Positions 28,587 to 38,812 of a stretch of 64,000 nucleotides of DNA are shown here, in pieces (position 1 is the first letter of the stretch; every line of letters begins with the position of its first letter). The stretch comes from an uncultured Bacteroidales bacterium. Lineage in GTDB: Bacteria > Bacteroidota > Bacteroidia > Bacteroidales > JAAYJT01. Where the stretch lies: contig CAZJZG010000008.1 in assembly GCA_964550455.1 (NCBI GenBank), positions 12,486-76,485 on the forward strand, given 5' to 3'. The translations under genes were made by a program, and so were the position numbers. Under the pieces are notes generated by a model. It was not told the DNA's origin and did not search any database. It saw only the letters and a list, made by a program, of their open reading frames with translations.

Positions 28587-29840
28587 ATGGATATTTTCGA
28601 ACGACGTTTAAACAATTACGGACCTCTTGGAATGTGGGCTGAAAAAGCTCATGGATATTATATGTTCCCAAAACTTGAAGGGGATATTTCAAACCGCATG
28701 GTTTTTCAGGGAAAAGAACGACTGGTTTGGAGTCTGAACAATTATCTGGGACTGGCAAATCATCCGGAAGTAAGAAAAGTTGATGCTGAAGCTGCTGCTA
28801 AATTTGGTCTGGCATATCCTATGGGTGCGAGAATGATGTCGGGTCAAACAGAATATCATGAAGAACTTGAAAAGCAACTTGCTGAATTTGTTGAAAAAGA
28901 AGATGCATATCTGCTGAATTATGGCTATCAGGGCATGGTTTCTATTATTGACTCACTTATTGACCGTAAGGATGTTGTGGTTTACGATTCTGAATCACAT
29001 GCCTGTATTATTGACGGTTTAAGAATGCACCTTGGAAAAAGATTTGTATTTCAGCATAACGATATTGAGAACTTTGAAAAACAATTGAATCATGCTAAAA
29101 AAGTAAGTGAACAAACCGGAGGCGGTATTCTGGTAATTACTGAAGGTGTGTTTGGTATGGCCGGCGATATGGGTAAGATTGACAAAATAGCTGAACTCAA
29201 ATTGAAATTTCGTTTCAGACTACTTGTGGATGATGCTCATGGGTTTGGGACAATGGGTGCCAAAGGAATGGGAACCGGTGAAGCCAAAGGTGTTCAGGAT
29301 CAGATTGATGTGTATTTTGCCACATTCGCCAAATCAATGGCAGGAATAGGGGCTTTTGTAGGAGGCGATAGTGATATTATCAATTATCTGCGTTATAATA
29401 TGCGTTCACAGATTTTTGCAAAATCACTTCCCATGCCTATTGTTATCGGTTCTTTAAAAAGGCTCGAACTACTTAAAACCCAGCCACAACTCAGAGAAAA
29501 ACTGTGGAATATTGCTAATTCTCTTCAGAACAAACTTCGTGAAAATGATTTTAATCTGGGTCGTACTGAATCGCCGGTAACTCCTGTATTTTTGCAGGGA
29601 GGCATCCCCGAAGCAACTCAACTGACTTATGAGTTACGTGAAAAATACAATATTTTCTGTTCTATAGTGGTATATCCGGTGGTTCCAAAAGATGTGATAA
29701 TGCTCAGATTGATCCCTACGGCAGCCCATACCCTTGCCGATGTTGATGAAACTGTAAATGCATTCATTGAAGTGAAAAATAATCTTCAGTCGGGTAAATA
29801 CGATAAAAACTATGTTCCTCAAATGAAAATCCATCCTTAA
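28587..29840 (+). CDS. Alpha-oxoamine synthase, most like cysteate acyltransferase SulA/CapB (sulfonolipid synthesis)
   Basis: AOS motifs NNYLGLANHP, MGARMMSG, HACIIDG, VDDAHG and TFAKS (PLP Lys). The N-terminus DIF.R....GPLG....AHGY..FPKLEG matches my recollection of Alistipes SulA rather than Kbl, BioF or SPT. Family confidence is high; specificity is moderate. Confidence 0.75.
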   Translation: MDIFERRLNNYGPLGMWAEKAHGYYMFPKLEGDISNRMVFQGKERLVWSLNNYLGLANHPEVRKVDAEAAAKFGLAYPMGARMMSGQTEYHEELEKQLAEFVEKEDAYLLNYGYQGMVSIIDSLIDRKDVVVYDSESHACIIDGLRMHLGKRFVFQHNDIENFEKQLNHAKKVSEQTGGGILVITEGVFGMAGDMGKIDKIAELKLKFRFRLLVDDAHGFGTMGAKGMGTGEAKGVQDQIDVYFATFAKSMAGIGAFVGGDSDIINYLRYNMRSQIFAKSLPMPIVIGSLKRLELLKTQPQLREKLWNIANSLQNKLRENDFNLGRTESPVTPVFLQGGIPEATQLTYELREKYNIFCSIVVYPVVPKDVIMLRLIPTAAHTLADVDETVNAFIEVKNNLQSGKYDKNYVPQMKIHP

Positions 29841-29852
29841 TCCCAAACATAT

Positions 29853-30803
29853 ATGGAAAAAATATTAATAATTGGTTGTTCCGGGCAGATTGGAACAGAG
29901 TTAACTCTTGAATTGAGAAAGATTTATGGCGATGCCAATGTTTTTGCTACTGACATAAAGGAAGCTCCTCCTGAAGTCCGCGATTCAGGACCTTTTGAGA
30001 TCCTTGATGTTCTTGACGAAAAACGACTTAATCATTTTGCAATCCGTCATAAAATCACTCAGGTTTACAATCTTGCTGCTGTGCTTTCAGGAAATGCCGA
30101 AAAAATTCCAATGCAAGCCTGGAATATTAATATGATCGCATTGCTGAATATTTTGGAATTAGGTCGTTCAATCCGGCTCAATAAGGTTTTCTGGCCAAGC
30201 TCAATTGCAGTGTTTGGACCTACTACTCCCAAGATCAACACTCCTCAGCTTACAATCACTGAACCCAATACTGTTTACGGTATAAGCAAGCTCGCAGGCG
30301 AGCGCTGGGGTGAGTATTATCATAAACGTTATTGCATTGATTTCCGCAGTGTCAGATACCCAGGACTTATTTCGTATAAAACCGAACCCGGAGGAGGAAC
30401 TACTGATTACGCCGTGGAAATTTATTATAAAGCAATTGAAGAAGGTAAATATGAATGTTTTCTGAAAGAAGATACAGGACTTCCTATGATGTTCATGCCT
30501 GACGCCATAAAAGCAACCATCAGCCTTATGGAAGCCGAAGCACATAAAATCACGGTTCGCTCAAGCTACAATATCGGAGGCATGAGCTTTACACCTCATG
30601 ATGTGGCTCAGTCTATTATTAAGCATATTCCCGATTTTGAAGTTACTTATAAACCCGATTTTCGACAGGCAATTGCAAATTCGTGGCCTACCAGCATTGG
30701 CGACGAAGTAGCACGTAACGACTGGGATCTGACTTATGAATACGACCTCGATTCAATGACTAAAGTAATGCTCAGAGAAATAAAGGCTAAGATGAATGGC
30801 TGA
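29853..30803 (+). CDS. tdh: SDR-type L-threonine 3-dehydrogenase
   Basis: IIGCSGQIG, WPSSIAVFG, YGISK, RYPGLIS, PGGGTTDYA and PDFRQAIANSWP match Flavobacterium-type SDR threonine dehydrogenase. Confidence 0.85.
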   Translation: MEKILIIGCSGQIGTELTLELRKIYGDANVFATDIKEAPPEVRDSGPFEILDVLDEKRLNHFAIRHKITQVYNLAAVLSGNAEKIPMQAWNINMIALLNILELGRSIRLNKVFWPSSIAVFGPTTPKINTPQLTITEPNTVYGISKLAGERWGEYYHKRYCIDFRSVRYPGLISYKTEPGGGTTDYAVEIYYKAIEEGKYECFLKEDTGLPMMFMPDAIKATISLMEAEAHKITVRSSYNIGGMSFTPHDVAQSIIKHIPDFEVTYKPDFRQAIANSWPTSIGDEVARNDWDLTYEYDLDSMTKVMLREIKAKMNG

Positions 30804-30847
30804 CAGTTGTTGTCTGTTCCGTAACAAAACGCTTGTAAAAATAATGA

Positions 30848-30883
30848 ATAGGGTTTGCATATACTTTCAGATGCAAACCCTAT
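30848..30883. terminator. Bidirectional terminator between tdh and mltF
   Basis: 13-bp stem atagggtttgcat/atgcaaaccctat. Confidence 0.75.
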
Positions 30884-30899
30884 AATTTTTTATCCGAAA

Positions 30900-32345
30900 T
30901 CAATTTTGAATTGCGGCTTTATAATGGTTGAACCGGCTAAGAATGTCGTTAACAAACCTGTATGATTCTTCGCCATAGCAATAACCATATTGTACTACTT
31001 CGTCGCTGTAGTATTCAGGTTTTGATTTATTTCTCAAATAAAAATCCACATTTCCATCCCAGATATTAGGATCTTTATTGTTTTTGGCTGCCAGACGCCT
31101 TGCATCGAACACATGAGCAAGTCCTGCATTATAGGCTGCAAGCACAAATTTTTGTCTTTCGGCAGGATCACTTATTTCTGATGGCATTTGTTTATCAAGC
31201 CATTTAATATAATGTACACCTGCTGCAATTTGTTCGTAAGCTGTTGAGGTGGAATCAATACCAAGTTCTTCAGCGGTTGAGGGCATCATCTGCATTATGC
31301 CAAAAGCTCCTTTATGTGAAACTATTTCGTGCTGAAATTTCGATTCCTGATAAATCAGGGAAGCAAGTAAACGCCAATCCCAGTTAATTGATTTACTATA
31401 TTTTTTGATTACTTCGTCATAACTTGAAATACGTCCTCCTTTGCGGGAATGAAATTCGCGCTGATCAGCACGCAACCCAAGCGGATTATTAAAATAACGA
31501 TCGTAAAGCAGGACAGCATAACTTGTTTTTGAAAATTCAAACCACCATTTATTTAAAGCTTCCAATAAATCAGTATCACCTCTTTTTAATGCCCAGCCAA
31601 TATTCTGAAAAAACCCAAGAGGAGTTTGTGTGTCAATATCATTATAATATTTTGCATTTACCGAAGATGTTTGCTCATCACTAATAGTATATTCTATTTC
31701 ACCGCGGGCAACCATTGTTATCAGATCTTCGGTACTTAAATCATTAACTGATACCACATTAATTTTAACTCCTGTTTCTTCCTGCAGATTTGCCAGCCGT
31801 TCAGCATAAGCCGAATTGTTCTGTATATAAACGGTTTTGCCTTCAAGGTCCAGCGGATTGCGTATGAGTTTCTTTTCGACTTCATCCCAGGTTCTCATTT
31901 TGCGCCAGTTTTCCGGTTTACGTTGCACAAGCATAAGTCGTGTCTGTAACATAGGTTCGGAAAATGCAACCATATCCCTGCGCTGATTTGTAATTACCAG
32001 TCTTTTGGCTATCAGATCATAAGTACCTGCATTGAGTTCCTTTATAGTTTCTTCAGGATTAGTATTCACTTGAATTTCAAGGTCAACACCAAGATATTCG
32101 GCAAACGAATGAAGCAGATCAAACTGATAGCCTCTGGGTTCGCCACGATACACAAAATAACTTGTTGAGTTCAAATCAGTAACAGCAATAAGTTTCCCTC
32201 TTTCAAGAATGGTTTCCAGACTTTGTTTTTCGGGAACTATTGGGCTTTGAATATCAGTAGATGTGTTGTTACAGGAAAAAAGGATGACAAAAGTTATTAA
32301 AAAGCTCAAAAACGTGGTCTTGTTTAATCTCTTTTTATTTACCAT
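30900..32345 (-). CDS. mltF: Membrane-bound lytic murein transglycosylase F
   Basis: N-terminal solute-binding domain (SYFVYRGEPRGYQFDL) plus SLT domain (DWRLLASLIYQESKF, GIMQMMP, AAYNAG); lipobox LFSC. Confidence 0.92.
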   Translation of the reverse strand: MVNKKRLNKTTFLSFLITFVILFSCNNTSTDIQSPIVPEKQSLETILERGKLIAVTDLNSTSYFVYRGEPRGYQFDLLHSFAEYLGVDLEIQVNTNPEETIKELNAGTYDLIAKRLVITNQRRDMVAFSEPMLQTRLMLVQRKPENWRKMRTWDEVEKKLIRNPLDLEGKTVYIQNNSAYAERLANLQEETGVKINVVSVNDLSTEDLITMVARGEIEYTISDEQTSSVNAKYYNDIDTQTPLGFFQNIGWALKRGDTDLLEALNKWWFEFSKTSYAVLLYDRYFNNPLGLRADQREFHSRKGGRISSYDEVIKKYSKSINWDWRLLASLIYQESKFQHEIVSHKGAFGIMQMMPSTAEELGIDSTSTAYEQIAAGVHYIKWLDKQMPSEISDPAERQKFVLAAYNAGLAHVFDARRLAAKNNKDPNIWDGNVDFYLRNKSKPEYYSDEVVQYGYCYGEESYRFVNDILSRFNHYKAAIQN

Positions 32346-32496
32346 AATTTAATGTTTAGTTCAACAAAATTCACCGCATTTAATTATTTGTTAAAAATTC
32401 TTAAAAAAACAATACAACGGCAAACATGAACTTTCCCCTTTATTTCTATATATATTTCTATTAATCTATTAAAATAGGGGTTAAAAAAAACGGCTG

Positions 32497-32504
32497 CAAA
32501 GATA
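32497..32504 (-). promoter_or_regulatory. -7 element (TATCTTTG) upstream of mltF
   Basis: TAnnTTTG match. Confidence 0.5.
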
Positions 32505-32684
32505 CAACTATTGTGTGAAATACAAATATTTTATCAATATACCTGTTTATCAATAGATTACGAGGGATTTTTAGATTAATTTATACGTTTTTAGTATAAA
32601 TACGCATCAGAAAAAGCCCTTAATTGAGCCGATTTCCCATTTTTTAACTTTAATTTAACCTAAATTCAGGGCTTTTTTATGTGA

Positions 32685-32724
32685 AAATAGCCTGATAAAG
32701 AGTAAAATATTTATCAGGCTATTT
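32685..32724 (-). terminator. Terminator after the second SOD gene
   Basis: 15-bp stem aaatagcctgataaa/tttatcaggctattt. Confidence 0.7.
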
Positions 32725-32775
32725 ATAATTCATTCATTATTACATAATACCGGGTCATAAAAAATTAACCCAATA

Positions 32776-33462
32776 TTATTTTATGGCTTTCTCGTAACGA
32801 CGGCTTACTTCATCCCAATTGACGATATTCCAGAAATTACTTATATAATCGCCACGAAGGTTCTGGTATTTCAGGTAATAGGCGTGTTCCCATACATCTA
32901 ATCCCAGTATTGGCACACCTTGTTTATCAACAACGTCCATCAGAGGGTTATCCTGATTAGCAGTTGAAGAAACAAATAATTTATCGCCCTTTTCAACGCT
33001 CAGCCATGCCCATCCGCTACCAAACCGTGTACGTGCAGCTTCTTCAAAAAGGTTTTTAAACTCCTGGAATGACCCAAAAGATGATTTAATGGCTTCAGCC
33101 AGTTTTCCTTTAGGCTCACCTCCGCCATAAGGCGACATAACTGCCCAGAAAAGAACATGGTTATAATGTCCTCCGCCGTTGTTACGAAGTGCAACAGGGT
33201 ATTTGCTCATAGAGACAAAAAGTTGTTCAAGGGATAGTTTCTCCACCTCTGTGCCTTCAATTGCTTTGCGATAATTATTAAAATAAGCTTTGTGATGACG
33301 CTCGTAGTGAATTTCCATTGTCATCTGGTCAATATAAGGCTCCAAAGCATTAAAAGAATAAGGCAACGGAGGGAATTCGTCTGCTTTCTGCGCATTACTT
33401 TCTGAAATCACAAAGCCATAAGCGAAAAATGCTAATAACAAAAGTTTGCTGATAGTTTTCAT
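32776..33462 (-). CDS. sod: Fe/Mn superoxide dismutase with N-terminal signal peptide
   Basis: [26 protein letters not shown] and DVWEHAYY motifs; [24 protein letters not shown] is signal-peptide-like. Confidence 0.95.
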   Translation of the reverse strand: MKTISKLLLLAFFAYGFVISESNAQKADEFPPLPYSFNALEPYIDQMTMEIHYERHHKAYFNNYRKAIEGTEVEKLSLEQLFVSMSKYPVALRNNGGGHYNHVLFWAVMSPYGGGEPKGKLAEAIKSSFGSFQEFKNLFEEAARTRFGSGWAWLSVEKGDKLFVSSTANQDNPLMDVVDKQGVPILGLDVWEHAYYLKYQNLRGDYISNFWNIVNWDEVSRRYEKAIK

Positions 33463-33567
33463 AATTATTCAATTAATTAATTTACAATTAGTTGTCTTCA
33501 ATATTACTAATTTGAGATAATATATTCCTGTTTATTTTATTTTTCTCTGATCTCGGTTTTTTCCAAA

Positions 33568-33600
33568 AAAAAGCCGGACCTGTTGGCAGTATCCGGCTTT
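33568..33600 (-). terminator. Terminator between the two SOD genes
   Basis: aagccgga/tccggctt stem with a T-run on the minus strand. Confidence 0.7.
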
Positions 33601-33643
33601 CCCCATCATTAACCACGAGAAAACAAACAAATTAGGCAGGAGG

Positions 33644-34282
33644 TTAAATTCTGCCCAATGCCTTTGTATATTTTTCGCTTACTGCCTTCCAGTTAACCAC
33701 ATTCCAGAAATTAGCTATATATTCCGGACGGCGGTTCTGATATTTCAGATAGTAAGCATGTTCCCATACATCTAATCCCATAATTGGAATACCTGAATGT
33801 TCTGCAACATCCATGAGCGGATTATCCTGATTGGGAGTAGAAAGCACGAACAACGATTTATCTTTTTTCACAGTCAGCCATGCCCAACCGCTTCCAAAAC
33901 GGTTTGCAGCAGCATCACTGAATAATTCCTTGAATTTATCAAACGAACCAAAAGCCTTATTAATTGCTTCAGCAAGTTCACCATCAGGTGCTCCGCCTGC
34001 ATTTGCCGACATTATATTCCAGAAAAGATCATGATTATAAAAACCTCCTCCGTTATTTCTTACGGCTGCAGGAACTTTTGAAACATTGGCAAAAATTTCT
34101 TCAAGTGATTTTTCTTCTAACTCTGTACCTTTAATTGCTGCCATAAACTTATCGTAATAAGCTTTGTGATGCTTATTATAATGTATGTCCATAGTCATTT
34201 TATCAATGTATGGCTCCAAAGCATCATAACTATATGGCAAAGCAGGAAAATTCAATTCTTTTGATTTTGATTTTAACAACAT
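33644..34282 (-). CDS. sod: Fe/Mn superoxide dismutase (cytoplasmic type)
   Basis: [26 protein letters not shown] and DVWEHAYY motifs. Confidence 0.95.
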   Translation of the reverse strand: MLLKSKSKELNFPALPYSYDALEPYIDKMTMDIHYNKHHKAYYDKFMAAIKGTELEEKSLEEIFANVSKVPAAVRNNGGGFYNHDLFWNIMSANAGGAPDGELAEAINKAFGSFDKFKELFSDAAANRFGSGWAWLTVKKDKSLFVLSTPNQDNPLMDVAEHSGIPIMGLDVWEHAYYLKYQNRRPEYIANFWNVVNWKAVSEKYTKALGRI

Positions 34283-34481
34283 AAACAAAAACTAATTAAT
34301 AAAGTTCAACATGAGTGAGCTAATTTATACTCATTCTAAATAACAGGCCTGACTGTGGTTTGTTCAAAACAAGCATCACAATCATGTATTTTTTTATTAT
34401 TAAGCCTACACATCCCTGATATACAGCTCAATAACGGAGTGTAAAATTTTTAAGTTTGAAGGCTGGCAGCAAAAAAATTAT

Positions 34482-37400
34482 TTATTTGAAAGCTTTTTCG
34501 AGTAATCCATCACCTTTTAAGTTCATTCTATCAAAATAAGAAGGAACTTCTTTTCCGGTAAGCTTATCAACATAAAGCTTTGCAAGATACTGCCCCAGCA
34601 TAAATCCTTGTCCGCGTAAGCCAATTAACAGACCGGCATCTACGTCGAGCACCATTCTGGGTTCCACATAATAACCTGCCCACACTGCCTGAAAACCAAC
34701 AGACGAAAGGCTTGGTATCCAATTGGTAAACACCTCGGCAACTATCTCAATAAATTCTTTGGAATTGATTTTCAGGTTTTTATCAGTTTCCATTGGTTCA
34801 ATTTCTGGTGAGGCGCAGCCTATTACCTGTCCGGTTTCAGCAAGCTGCTGTCCGTATACTGCAGTAAAACCTTTATAGTTCCGGCGATCAATAAGCATTG
34901 GCAGAGGGGTATTGTTCACACCCATAAAAGGAAGACGGCGAGTTATAAAAGCCTGATGTTTTACGGGATACAAACCGGTTTCATGTCCAAGCTTTCTAGC
35001 AAAAACATCGCCTTCAGGTCCAAGTGCATTTACAAAGTGAGAGGTATGGAATTCGATATATTCTTTTTCATGATTCTGAACCAGAGCTATATAGGTTTGA
35101 CCATTCTTTGTAATATCTATAAGACGGCAGTCTTCAAGGATCTCACCACCGTTATCAATTCCTATACGCCGCACAAGATCAATAACACGTCCCGGTGTAG
35201 CCTGCCAACAATCCTCGGTCACCAATGCTGCAATATATGTATTAAGTGAAGTATTTATATAAGGAGTGATCTCTTTTTTAAACTGTCCCGGCTTTATCAT
35301 TTTAGCATTTGACCATGCCATTGAAGCTTCAAGAGAATTATACATTTCTTCGTCGTGAGCAAAAGTAACATAACGGATAGGCAGGAAATCAATGTTACTG
35401 ATTTTTTGTAGTTCTCTGAATATTTCAAGGTTATGCCTTGCTATATCAGAAAGTTCAGGAAGGCTGAAATTTGGCCTGCCACCTGCAATATTACGCCATG
35501 ATGCACCACGCCCGAAATTGATAAGAGTAGGCTTTAGCCCTGCTTCAGCCATATATCTGAATAAGGCGCTACCAGCGATTCCACCTCCGGCGATCAAAGT
35601 TTGAACTTTTACTTTCCTGGGGCTTTTTCCGGTTATATTGGTAATAATTTTGTCCTGAACCGTACGGGGATAAAGCTCACCCAATGAAACCTGATTTGAT
35701 AAGGGTCCGCGCGGAGTTGGTTCGCCAACTATAGAAATACCAGTACCTGCAAGAGTTTGTTTTAAACGTTTTATACAACGCTTACCGCGGCATGCACCCA
35801 TTCCAAGTCTGGTTGTATGCTTGACTTCATCCACCGAAATAAATTTACGATCACCAATTACATCAAGTATTTCATCTATTGCAACATCATCGCAATGACA
35901 AACATAGGTGTCCTCTTCCTTGCGATAGGTGGTTTTCTTCATTTTTAAAGGTTCGGGGTAATCTTTCTTAGCAATAAAACCCCTTACATTATTTAATGAT
36001 TCACCATGAACATCAAGAGATAAAACACGGGCAATATGAGTCTTATTTGGTTTTTTCAGAATTTTCTCAACAATACCATTACCAAGGATCTTCCCATTAT
36101 TATCTGCGAGATACACCTCAGTTTTTTCATCAACAAAATATTCGATAGGCAGGAAAAGCCAGTTTTTCTTTGGGTTATAACCAAAAATGGCAAGACCCGG
36201 ACATTGATAAACACAATCCATGCAACCAATACATTTATCAAAATCAATATAGGGAACCGTGCTGGTACTTGTCTTAGTTATGGCACCCTGAGGGCAGGCA
36301 AACTCACACGGATTGCAGGCAAAGCCATAAAGACAATCAATTAACACATAAGGCTTTCCATTCATTCTATCCGGTTCTGGACGATAAGGTTCTTTTATTA
36401 TCCTTAACGGATGTTGCTGTGAATCAATATATTCCTTTGACACTGCAAGATATGCATCATAATCGAAACGTTCATTCATTTCCTGAAGTATCTCGTAAGC
36501 TACCTGCTTGCCACGTAATACCGCCGATGTGCCTTCGCCAATGCGGATGGCATCTCCGGCTCCAAAGCATTTTCGTCCAAAAATATCATTGCCTTTAATC
36601 AAAAGCTGATCATCAGGTACAAGACCGGTACATATATTAATAGCATCAATCCCCTCTATTATTTTTTCAGTATCGGGAACGGGCCTAAAGTTTTTACATT
36701 CTGCAACAACAGCACCGGTTATTCCATCACGATTTTTATTGGGAATGGCTTTGAGTAGAATATGGGAAAGCAGGATGGGAATACCAAGCCGCCTTACTCT
36801 GTTTGCCTGAACCGGGAAACCGCCTTCAAACGGCTGTGCTTCAATAATTGCTTTTACTTTTGCTCCTGCCTGCATCAACTGGTATGAAGTAAGATATCCA
36901 ATATTTCCAGCTCCAACAGTCAAAATATTTTTTCCAAGTAGTGTAAACTCGTTATTCATCATTTTTTGAACAACGGCAGCAGTATATACACCCGGGAGGT
37001 CATCGTTCTCAAAAGTAGGCATAAAAGGTACTGCTCCTGATGCAACTACCAGATAATCAGCATCAATATAATAAATTTCATCGGTTTTGATATTTTTCAC
37101 AGCCAGTCGCTTACCTTCAAGAATATCCCAGACTGTAGAATTTAGAAAAATTCCCTCAAGACTATCACCTGCAAGAGTTTTCGCAATATCAAATCCACGC
37201 ATGCCTCCAAACTTTTTCTCTTTCTCAAAAAAGAAAAACTGGTGGGTTTGCATTAAAAACTGGCCTCCTATCTTATCATTGTTGTCAATAACGATATTTT
37301 CAATGCCATGTTTGTTAAGTTCCTCACGAACGGCAAGTCCGGCAGGTCCTGCTCCAATGATTGCCACCTGGGTTTTATATACCCAAAACGGAATATCCTG

Positions 37401-37715
37401 TCTGTAAACAGTTACAGAAGGTGAATAATCCCTGGGAATTTCCTTAACTTCTTTAACTCCATCAACCTTAGTGATACAAATTCTTTTAATTTGTCCGTCA
37501 ACCAGCATTTCGCAAGCTCCGCATTTTCCAATACCACATTCAAGGCTTCGTTCACGATTCTTCAAACTATGACTATGAACCGGAAAGCCTGCCTGATGTA
37601 ATGCTGCAGCAATGGTAAAACCTTTTTCGCTTTGAATGATCTGATCATTATACCTGAAACTTTGTTTTTCGTTAGCAGGAATTTCAAGAATTGGGTGTTT
37701 TTCAATCTTACGCAT
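34482..37715 (-). CDS. Multi-domain FAD/Fe-S oxidoreductase (fused HcnA/HcnB/ferredoxin/BFD/HcnC-like; sarcosine/proline dehydrogenase-like)
   Basis: [2Fe-2S] CGIGKCGAC...CIT; GAGPAG and GAGNIG Rossmann motifs; two [4Fe-4S] motifs (CLYGFACNPCEFACP, CIGCMDCVYQCP); BFD-like CHC...TRLGMGACRGKRC; DAO domain GGGIAG...GLRGQGFMLG. Confidence 0.85.
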   Translation of the reverse strand: MRKIEKHPILEIPANEKQSFRYNDQIIQSEKGFTIAAALHQAGFPVHSHSLKNRERSLECGIGKCGACEMLVDGQIKRICITKVDGVKEVKEIPRDYSPSVTVYRQDIPFWVYKTQVAIIGAGPAGLAVREELNKHGIENIVIDNNDKIGGQFLMQTHQFFFFEKEKKFGGMRGFDIAKTLAGDSLEGIFLNSTVWDILEGKRLAVKNIKTDEIYYIDADYLVVASGAVPFMPTFENDDLPGVYTAAVVQKMMNNEFTLLGKNILTVGAGNIGYLTSYQLMQAGAKVKAIIEAQPFEGGFPVQANRVRRLGIPILLSHILLKAIPNKNRDGITGAVVAECKNFRPVPDTEKIIEGIDAINICTGLVPDDQLLIKGNDIFGRKCFGAGDAIRIGEGTSAVLRGKQVAYEILQEMNERFDYDAYLAVSKEYIDSQQHPLRIIKEPYRPEPDRMNGKPYVLIDCLYGFACNPCEFACPQGAITKTSTSTVPYIDFDKCIGCMDCVYQCPGLAIFGYNPKKNWLFLPIEYFVDEKTEVYLADNNGKILGNGIVEKILKKPNKTHIARVLSLDVHGESLNNVRGFIAKKDYPEPLKMKKTTYRKEEDTYVCHCDDVAIDEILDVIGDRKFISVDEVKHTTRLGMGACRGKRCIKRLKQTLAGTGISIVGEPTPRGPLSNQVSLGELYPRTVQDKIITNITGKSPRKVKVQTLIAGGGIAGSALFRYMAEAGLKPTLINFGRGASWRNIAGGRPNFSLPELSDIARHNLEIFRELQKISNIDFLPIRYVTFAHDEEMYNSLEASMAWSNAKMIKPGQFKKEITPYINTSLNTYIAALVTEDCWQATPGRVIDLVRRIGIDNGGEILEDCRLIDITKNGQTYIALVQNHEKEYIEFHTSHFVNALGPEGDVFARKLGHETGLYPVKHQAFITRRLPFMGVNNTPLPMLIDRRNYKGFTAVYGQQLAETGQVIGCASPEIEPMETDKNLKINSKEFIEIVAEVFTNWIPSLSSVGFQAVWAGYYVEPRMVLDVDAGLLIGLRGQGFMLGQYLAKLYVDKLTGKEVPSYFDRMNLKGDGLLEKAFK

Positions 37716-37901
37716 ATTTTTATAATAGTTGTTTTTAAGAAATTTAAGTCAGACAAAAGTTAGGATAAGATATGCCTGTCAAATGATGGCGCTAAATTAG
37801 CTGAATTTATTATTTCAAATCATTTTATTTTAAAATTTGATTTAATATTTTGAATATCAACATTTATGACAAAATTTGGTCTATAAAGAAAAATTTTTTA
37901 A

Positions 37902-37909
37902 TATCTTTG
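37902..37909 (+). promoter_or_regulatory. -7 element (TATCTTTG)
   Basis: TAnnTTTG match 31 bp upstream of ATG 37940. Confidence 0.55.
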
Positions 37910-37939
37910 CAAAAACACATATATAAGATATTTAAAAAA

Positions 37940-38791
37940 ATGGAAAAAGTCAAAGTTCTTTATGTTTCGCACGACATCACTCCTTTTATGCAGGAAAGCC
38001 AAATTGGTCTAATCTCAAGACATCTGCCGCAGGGTGTACAGGAGCGAGGGCGTGAGATCAGAACCTTCATGCCGCGTTTTGGTAATATTAATGAGCGCAG
38101 GAATCAGTTGCATGAGGTTATTCGTTTGTCAGGTATGAATTTAATCATCAATGATAATGACCACCCGCTTATCATTAAAGTTGCTTCAATACAATTAGCC
38201 CGTATGCAGGTTTATTTTATTGACAACGAAGATTATTTTGACCGGAAATTTGTTTTCAGAGACAAATCAGGCAAATTTTTCAAGGATAATGACGAAAGGG
38301 CAATTTTCTTTGCCCGTGGTGTTTTGGAAACAGTTAAAAAACTTGGCTGGCCTCCTGATATAATACATTGTCACGGATGGATGGGCAGTTTGGTGCCGTT
38401 GTATGTAAAAACGGCTTTTCGTGACAACCCGGTATATTCTGACGCAAAGGTTATTTTTTCTTTTTATGATGATGACTTTGAAGAAATGCTAAATAAAGAC
38501 TTTGCAACAAAAATCAAACTTCCGGGAATAACTCTCAGGCATCTCAAACACTATAAGAAACCTTCATACGTTAATTTGATGAAAGCTGCTATTGATTTTT
38601 CAGATGCGTTGATTATGGGAAGCGAACAAGTACATCCTGAAGTTTATCAATACATGCTTAAATCAGATAAACCTATTCTTCCTTTTCAAACTGGAGATGA
38701 CTATATTGATGTTTACAATGAATTTTACAACGAGCTCCTTGTTGAGGAAGAAGCGGAGGAAGCCTCTGGTCGCAACAATAAAAAAATCTAA
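37940..38791 (+). CDS. Glycogen/starch synthase N-terminal-domain-only protein (Bacteroidota type)
   Basis: KVLYVS, RTFMPRFG, QVYFIDNEDYF, DNDERAIFF and PDIIHCHGW; ends before the C-terminal GT-B domain. Start set at ATG 37940. Confidence 0.8.
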   Translation: MEKVKVLYVSHDITPFMQESQIGLISRHLPQGVQERGREIRTFMPRFGNINERRNQLHEVIRLSGMNLIINDNDHPLIIKVASIQLARMQVYFIDNEDYFDRKFVFRDKSGKFFKDNDERAIFFARGVLETVKKLGWPPDIIHCHGWMGSLVPLYVKTAFRDNPVYSDAKVIFSFYDDDFEEMLNKDFATKIKLPGITLRHLKHYKKPSYVNLMKAAIDFSDALIMGSEQVHPEVYQYMLKSDKPILPFQTGDDYIDVYNEFYNELLVEEEAEEASGRNNKKI

Positions 38792-38812
38792 AAATCTTTT
38801 TCTTTGAAAAAC

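Noticed and set aside
28587-29840. Annotation as Kbl or BioF based on adjacency to tdh
   Set aside because: The N-terminal sequence does not resemble typical Bacteroidota Kbl or BioF as I recall them; kept only as an alternative within the finding.
34283-34312. In-frame upstream ATG interrupted by TAG before the first SOD (MLNFIN*FLFM), suggesting readthrough or a lost signal peptide
   Set aside because: AT-rich DNA readily gives hydrophobic codons, the stretch lacks a basic n-region and cleavage site, and there is no evidence of recoding machinery.
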